The notes beneath the pieces are model-generated. The model was not told the origin of the DNA. It was given only the letters and a program-made list of their open reading frames with translations, and ran no database searches. The position numbers and the translations under genes are program-made. This document shows positions 59,636 to 64,000 of a stretch of DNA of 64,000 nt, in pieces. The stretch is from Nostoc sp. DedSLP01 (GTDB lineage Bacteria > Cyanobacteriota > Cyanobacteriia > Cyanobacteriales > Nostocaceae), in assembly GCA_034530875.2 (NCBI GenBank), contig JAVRCJ020000002.1, positions 288,001 to 352,000 on the forward strand, read 5' to 3'. Position 1 is the stretch's first letter. The number at the start of each line of letters is the position of its first letter.

Positions 59636-60661
59636 ATGAAAATATTAGTAACCGGCACAGAAGGCTATCTGGGTTCATTATTGCCACCTCTGTTAATCGA
59701 ACGCGGACATGAAGTTATCGGTATCGATACTGGTTTCTATAAAGTTGGTTGGTTGTACAACGGTACTGATGTCACAGCCAAAACCCTCAACAAAGATATC
59801 CGCAATATCGCCCCTGAAGATTTGGAAGGCGTGGAAGCAATTGTTCACATGGCGGAACTCTCCAACGACCCAGCCGGACAATTGGCACCGAATATTACCT
59901 ATCAAATTAATCATGTAGGTTCAGTTCGTCTGGCTAGCTTGGCTAAGGCTATGGGCGTGCGTCGTTTTGTATATATGTCTTCGTGCAGTGTCTACGGTGT
60001 TGCTACCGAAGGTGATGTTACAGAAGAATCTCCTATTAATCCCCAAACAGCCTACGCAGAGTGCAAAACACTGGTAGAAAGAGATGTTGCACCATTAGCT
60101 GACGATGACTTCTCGCCTACCTTTATGCGGAATGCTACTGCTTTTGGTGCTTCTCCGAGAATGCGGTTTGATATTGTTTTAAACAACTTGGCGGGGTTGG
60201 CTTGGACTAGCAAGCAAATCAAAATGACTAGCGACGGTACACCTTGGCGTCCGTTAGTTCACGCGTTGGATATTTGCAAAGCAATAGCCTGCGCTTTGGA
60301 AGCACCGCGGGATATCATACATAACCAAATCTTCAATGTTGGAGATACAGCAAATAATTATCGAGTTAGAGAAATCGCTGAAATTATTGCTGATATTTTC
60401 CCTGATTGTAAATTGTTGTTTGGGAATAATGGCGCAGATAACCGCAGCTATCGGGTATCTTTCGAGAAAATCAATAGCATTTTACCCGGATTTAAATGTG
60501 ATTGGAATGCAAGACTTGGTGCCGAGCAGTTACTCAAGTTATTCAGTCAAATTGATATGGCTGAAGATACTTTCTTGTTTAGAGGATTTACCCGTTTAAA
60601 ACAGCTAGAGTATCTGATTCGTACCGAGCAAATTGACAAAGATTTCTTCTGGAATAAGTAG
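59636..60661 (+). CDS. NAD-dependent epimerase/dehydratase, close paralog of 27944-28969
   Basis: ILVTGTEGYLGS, SSCSVYG, YAECK. Confidence 0.9.
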   Translation: MKILVTGTEGYLGSLLPPLLIERGHEVIGIDTGFYKVGWLYNGTDVTAKTLNKDIRNIAPEDLEGVEAIVHMAELSNDPAGQLAPNITYQINHVGSVRLASLAKAMGVRRFVYMSSCSVYGVATEGDVTEESPINPQTAYAECKTLVERDVAPLADDDFSPTFMRNATAFGASPRMRFDIVLNNLAGLAWTSKQIKMTSDGTPWRPLVHALDICKAIACALEAPRDIIHNQIFNVGDTANNYRVREIAEIIADIFPDCKLLFGNNGADNRSYRVSFEKINSILPGFKCDWNARLGAEQLLKLFSQIDMAEDTFLFRGFTRLKQLEYLIRTEQIDKDFFWNK

Positions 60662-60772
60662 AAACTATTTATAGTTTGAGCTTTGGTAGTCAAGCACAAA
60701 CTATAAATATATATTCTTAATTTTGACTGATTTCACAGAGTATTTTGTTAACCATTAATAGGGCTTGAAATT

Positions 60773-62041
60773 ATGGCGATCGCAAAATGTCGTTTCAGTG
60801 GCCAACCGTTACACCAAACCTTCGTTGATTTGGGAATGTCACCTTTAGCCAATGCTTATCTGTGCGAAGAACAATTAAATAAAGCCGAAAAGTTTTATCC
60901 TCTCCACGCTTATATTTCTGAAGATACACTTTTAGTTCAATTAGAACAATTTGAAACTCCAGACCAAATTTTTAGCGACTATGCTTACTTTTCTTCCTAC
61001 TCGGCAAGCTGGCTAAAACATGCCAAAGCTTATACCGATATGATGGTAGAAAAGTTTAAATTTAATCGTGATACTCAAGTTATTGAAATTGCCAGTAATG
61101 ACGGTTATTTACTGCAATATTTTTTAGAGAAAGGCATTCCTGTTTTAGGAATCGAACCAGCGGCAAATGTAGCGAAAGTTGCACAAGATAGAGGTATTCC
61201 TAGTATTAACAAGTTTTTTGGAGTTGAAACTGCCAGAGAACTAGTTATGGAAGGAAAACTAGCTGACCTTTTGATAGGTAATAATGTTTTAGCTCATGTA
61301 CCAGATTTAAACGATTTCATCGCTGGAATGAAACTCATCCTTAAACCTAATGGTATCTTGACGATGGAATTTCCTCACATTTTGCAACTCATTGAGCAAA
61401 ATCAGTTTGATACTATTTACCACGAGCATTTTTCCTATTTCTCATTTATTACAATCCAAAAAATCTTTGCGGCACACAACTTGCAAATTTTCGATGTAGA
61501 AGAATTGCCGACTCATGGCGGTTCTCTGAGGATTTATATCAAACATGACTATGCCGATTATCCCAGCATTAGGGAACGAGTTCGGCATTTGAAAGAGAAA
61601 GAAATTGCCGCCGGGCTACATCGCATAGAAACTTACGTCACATTTGCAGAAAAAATCAAAGCAACAAAGCATAAGCTCTTAAGCTTTCTTATCGCAGCTA
61701 AAGCAGAAGGTAAATCAATAGTTGGCTATGGCGCACCAGCTAAAGGTAATACATTACTCAATTATTGTGGTATTGGGAAAGACTTTATTGATTACACAGT
61801 AGATTGTAATCCTTACAAACAAGATTTATTTTTACCTGGCACACATATTCCTATTTTTCATCCAGAAAAAATTCGGGAAACTCAGCCCGATTACGTCCTA
61901 ATTTTACCTTGGAATCTTAAAGAAGAAATTATGGAACAAATGGCATTTATTGGTGAATGGGGCGGACAATTTGTAGTGCCAATTCCTGAAGTGAAAATTT
62001 ATCCTTGTCCTGTTCCTGATAAGGTTTTGATATCGTTGTAA
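60773..62041 (+). CDS. NDP-hexose C-methyltransferase, paralog of 25658-26938
   Basis: DLGMSP, EIASNDG, YHEH, HGGSLR, GYGAPAKG, LILPWN. Confidence 0.9.
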   Translation: MAIAKCRFSGQPLHQTFVDLGMSPLANAYLCEEQLNKAEKFYPLHAYISEDTLLVQLEQFETPDQIFSDYAYFSSYSASWLKHAKAYTDMMVEKFKFNRDTQVIEIASNDGYLLQYFLEKGIPVLGIEPAANVAKVAQDRGIPSINKFFGVETARELVMEGKLADLLIGNNVLAHVPDLNDFIAGMKLILKPNGILTMEFPHILQLIEQNQFDTIYHEHFSYFSFITIQKIFAAHNLQIFDVEELPTHGGSLRIYIKHDYADYPSIRERVRHLKEKEIAAGLHRIETYVTFAEKIKATKHKLLSFLIAAKAEGKSIVGYGAPAKGNTLLNYCGIGKDFIDYTVDCNPYKQDLFLPGTHIPIFHPEKIRETQPDYVLILPWNLKEEIMEQMAFIGEWGGQFVVPIPEVKIYPCPVPDKVLISL

Positions 62042-62279
62042 TTACTAATATAAATGAAAACTTCAGATTAGGATTACAGCAGAATTCAGGAGTCAGAATT
62101 TAAAACTAATTAGTGTAGGTGAAGCAACTATAACATTTATAAATACTAAGTCTTCTCTACGATAAATTACACTAACTAGCTAGCTTAGTGCTTTAGATCT
62201 GACTCCTGAATTACTTCTTCTTAAAAGGTGTATTTGCTCTCTAACCACCAATCAGCTATTTTAAAATTCATTCTCTACG

Positions 62280-63287
62280 ATGTCTAAATTACTGACTATT
62301 GCCATTCCTACTTATAATCGCGCTCAATTACTGGATAAACAATTGACATGGCTGGCTCAAGCTATTAAAGGTTTTGAAGATGAATGTGAAATTTTAGTTT
62401 CTGATAATTGCTCTACAGACAATACTCAAGAAGTAGTACAAAAATGGCAAAAAATACTTAGTATTTTAACATTTAAATCGAATAAAAATTCCAAAAATTT
62501 AGGCGTAGTTAAAAATATTATGTATTGCCTAAATTCTACAACAACAAAATATGTTTGGACAATTGGTGATGATGACCCAATTCAGGATAGAGCCGTTGCT
62601 TATGTTATTAACAAACTCAGACAGCACGAAAATTTATCATTATTGTTTCTCAACTTTTCTGGTCGCAACCAAATTACTGGCGAGCCAGTTCATCCACCGA
62701 CAATTGTTGGTAACCGCTGGTTTGATATAGATAGTGAAGACGGTAATGGTAATGGAAAAGCCATATTTGAACATTGCTTTTCAAAAAGTGTCGGTGCAGT
62801 TATCTTTTTAACTGCAACAGTTTATCGCACTGATTTAGTAAAACGCGCTTTACAAATTTGGCCGGACGCTGAAAATAACTGGATTTCTTTAGCATATTTA
62901 GCCGGTTATTGTGCTGCAAATGGTGGTGTAATTGTCACGAAAGAAAATTATTTAGAATGTATTGTTGGCGTGAGTTATTGGCAGAAAGAACCAAAATCTG
63001 CACTGTTAATGCAATACAAGCATATCCCAGAAGTAATTTTGAAATTGCAAGAAAATGGATATTCTAAGCAGTTTTGTAGACGAATGCTTTTGCAAAACGG
63101 TAAAGAAGTCAACTGGAAAGTTTTCTTGGGTGCTTTAAGAAGATGGCCGATGTCTGCCATCAAGACAGTAGTTCCATTTTTGGCTTTAGTAGGCTTTTGT
63201 GCTTTTGACGTGATGGTTTCTAAAGAATTCAAGTTAGCAGAATCCAGTGAAATCTCTGGTCGAGAAATGCGGAGTTACGAGCCATAA
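62280..63287 (+). CDS. GT2 glycosyltransferase
   Basis: LTIAIPTYNR, SDNCSTD, IGDDD. Confidence 0.88.
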   Translation: MSKLLTIAIPTYNRAQLLDKQLTWLAQAIKGFEDECEILVSDNCSTDNTQEVVQKWQKILSILTFKSNKNSKNLGVVKNIMYCLNSTTTKYVWTIGDDDPIQDRAVAYVINKLRQHENLSLLFLNFSGRNQITGEPVHPPTIVGNRWFDIDSEDGNGNGKAIFEHCFSKSVGAVIFLTATVYRTDLVKRALQIWPDAENNWISLAYLAGYCAANGGVIVTKENYLECIVGVSYWQKEPKSALLMQYKHIPEVILKLQENGYSKQFCRRMLLQNGKEVNWKVFLGALRRWPMSAIKTVVPFLALVGFCAFDVMVSKEFKLAESSEISGREMRSYEP

Positions 63288-63337
63288 GCTATTCAAATTG
63301 TCAAAAAATACGTCGGAAATTAGGAGGAAGTTTCATT

Positions 63338-64000
63338 ATGTTGAATGCAATTAAACACAAAATATCTATGCTGACTTCTGACTTGAAATACTACCTAGCT
63401 CTTTGGAAGCATAGCAAGAAATTGCCAGAATTAGGAGTAGGCGATCGCCAAATTCTTAATGCTCTCAAAAAAGATGGTGCTTATGTGACAACACTTGCAG
63501 ATTTAGGGTTTGATTCTAGCTCAGAACTCCTGAAAGCTGCTTACGAACAATTGTCTCAGATGGAAGACCCAAATAATAGCCATCTAGATGAAAAGTTGCC
63601 ATATATTTATACAGTCACGGGCGTACCAGAAATTTCTAACTGGGGAAAAGAAACAAGACTACTCAATATTATCGAAAATTATATTGGTCTTCCCGTTGCT
63701 TTTCATGGCGTACATCTACGCAAAGATTTTCCGAGCAAACATCAATTTGGGACGCTACTATGGCATAGCGATGCTGAAGACCGCCGTATTATTAAAATCT
63801 TTGTTTATCTGAGTGATGTAGAACAAAAAACGGGGCCATTTGAATATATTCCCCGTTCTTTAGCTCCTGTATTTAGCTGGAAATATATTCAGCTTTACTA
63901 CAAACTTTTCAAGTCTCGTTATCTGGGTATTGACGATGAAGATGTTAAACCAGTCATCCCTAAATCAGCTTGGAAATCCTGCACGGGTGCAGCAGGTACT
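63338..64000 (+). CDS. PhyH-like 2OG-Fe(II) oxygenase, partial (runs off the window)
   Basis: AGGAGG RBS at 63322; MLNAIKHK...LLWHSDAEDRRIIKIFVYLSDVE..TGPFEYIP (HxD motif); not in the ORF track. Confidence 0.75.
   Translation, partial: MLNAIKHKISMLTSDLKYYLALWKHSKKLPELGVGDRQILNALKKDGAYVTTLADLGFDSSSELLKAAYEQLSQMEDPNNSHLDEKLPYIYTVTGVPEISNWGKETRLLNIIENYIGLPVAFHGVHLRKDFPSKHQFGTLLWHSDAEDRRIIKIFVYLSDVEQKTGPFEYIPRSLAPVFSWKYIQLYYKLFKSRYLGIDDEDVKPVIPKSAWKSCTGAAGT

Noticed and set aside
63588..63812. 74-aa ORF
   Set aside because: Out-of-frame overlap with the real partial gene starting at 63338

Overview
Chromosomal window from a heterocyst-forming cyanobacterium (Nostocales-like), judged from abundant HIP1 GCGATCGC octamers, heptamer STRR repeats and gene content. 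1-21 kb is mostly core genes: an in-frame QueG-HAD fusion missing from the ORF track, a CTDH/CCP carotenoid protein, an RsbW/PP2C partner-switch pair with a NarL regulator, WecB/TagA, ftsE, an M48 peptidase, an orphan m5C methyltransferase, Tab2, YciI and pheT. About 22.5-50.4 kb is an accessory glycan/glycoconjugate island. A central HTH-NACHT (NLR-like STAND) gene is flanked by two divergent operons, and both operons carry the same 58-bp upstream element (50/58 identical). The left operon makes a modified NDP-sugar. The right operon encodes a split GH-A/GT2 protein, two ABC exporters, two LbH acyltransferases, three paralogous GT-B-like proteins, three GT2s sharing an unnamed C-terminal domain, and an MFP/MacB pair. 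50.6-64 kb is a PATAN response regulator, a vWA-PP2C-kinase triad and what looks like the start of the heterocyst envelope polysaccharide (HEP) island. No tRNA, rRNA, CRISPR array or transposase was recognised. All homology calls come from motif recognition, not database searches.
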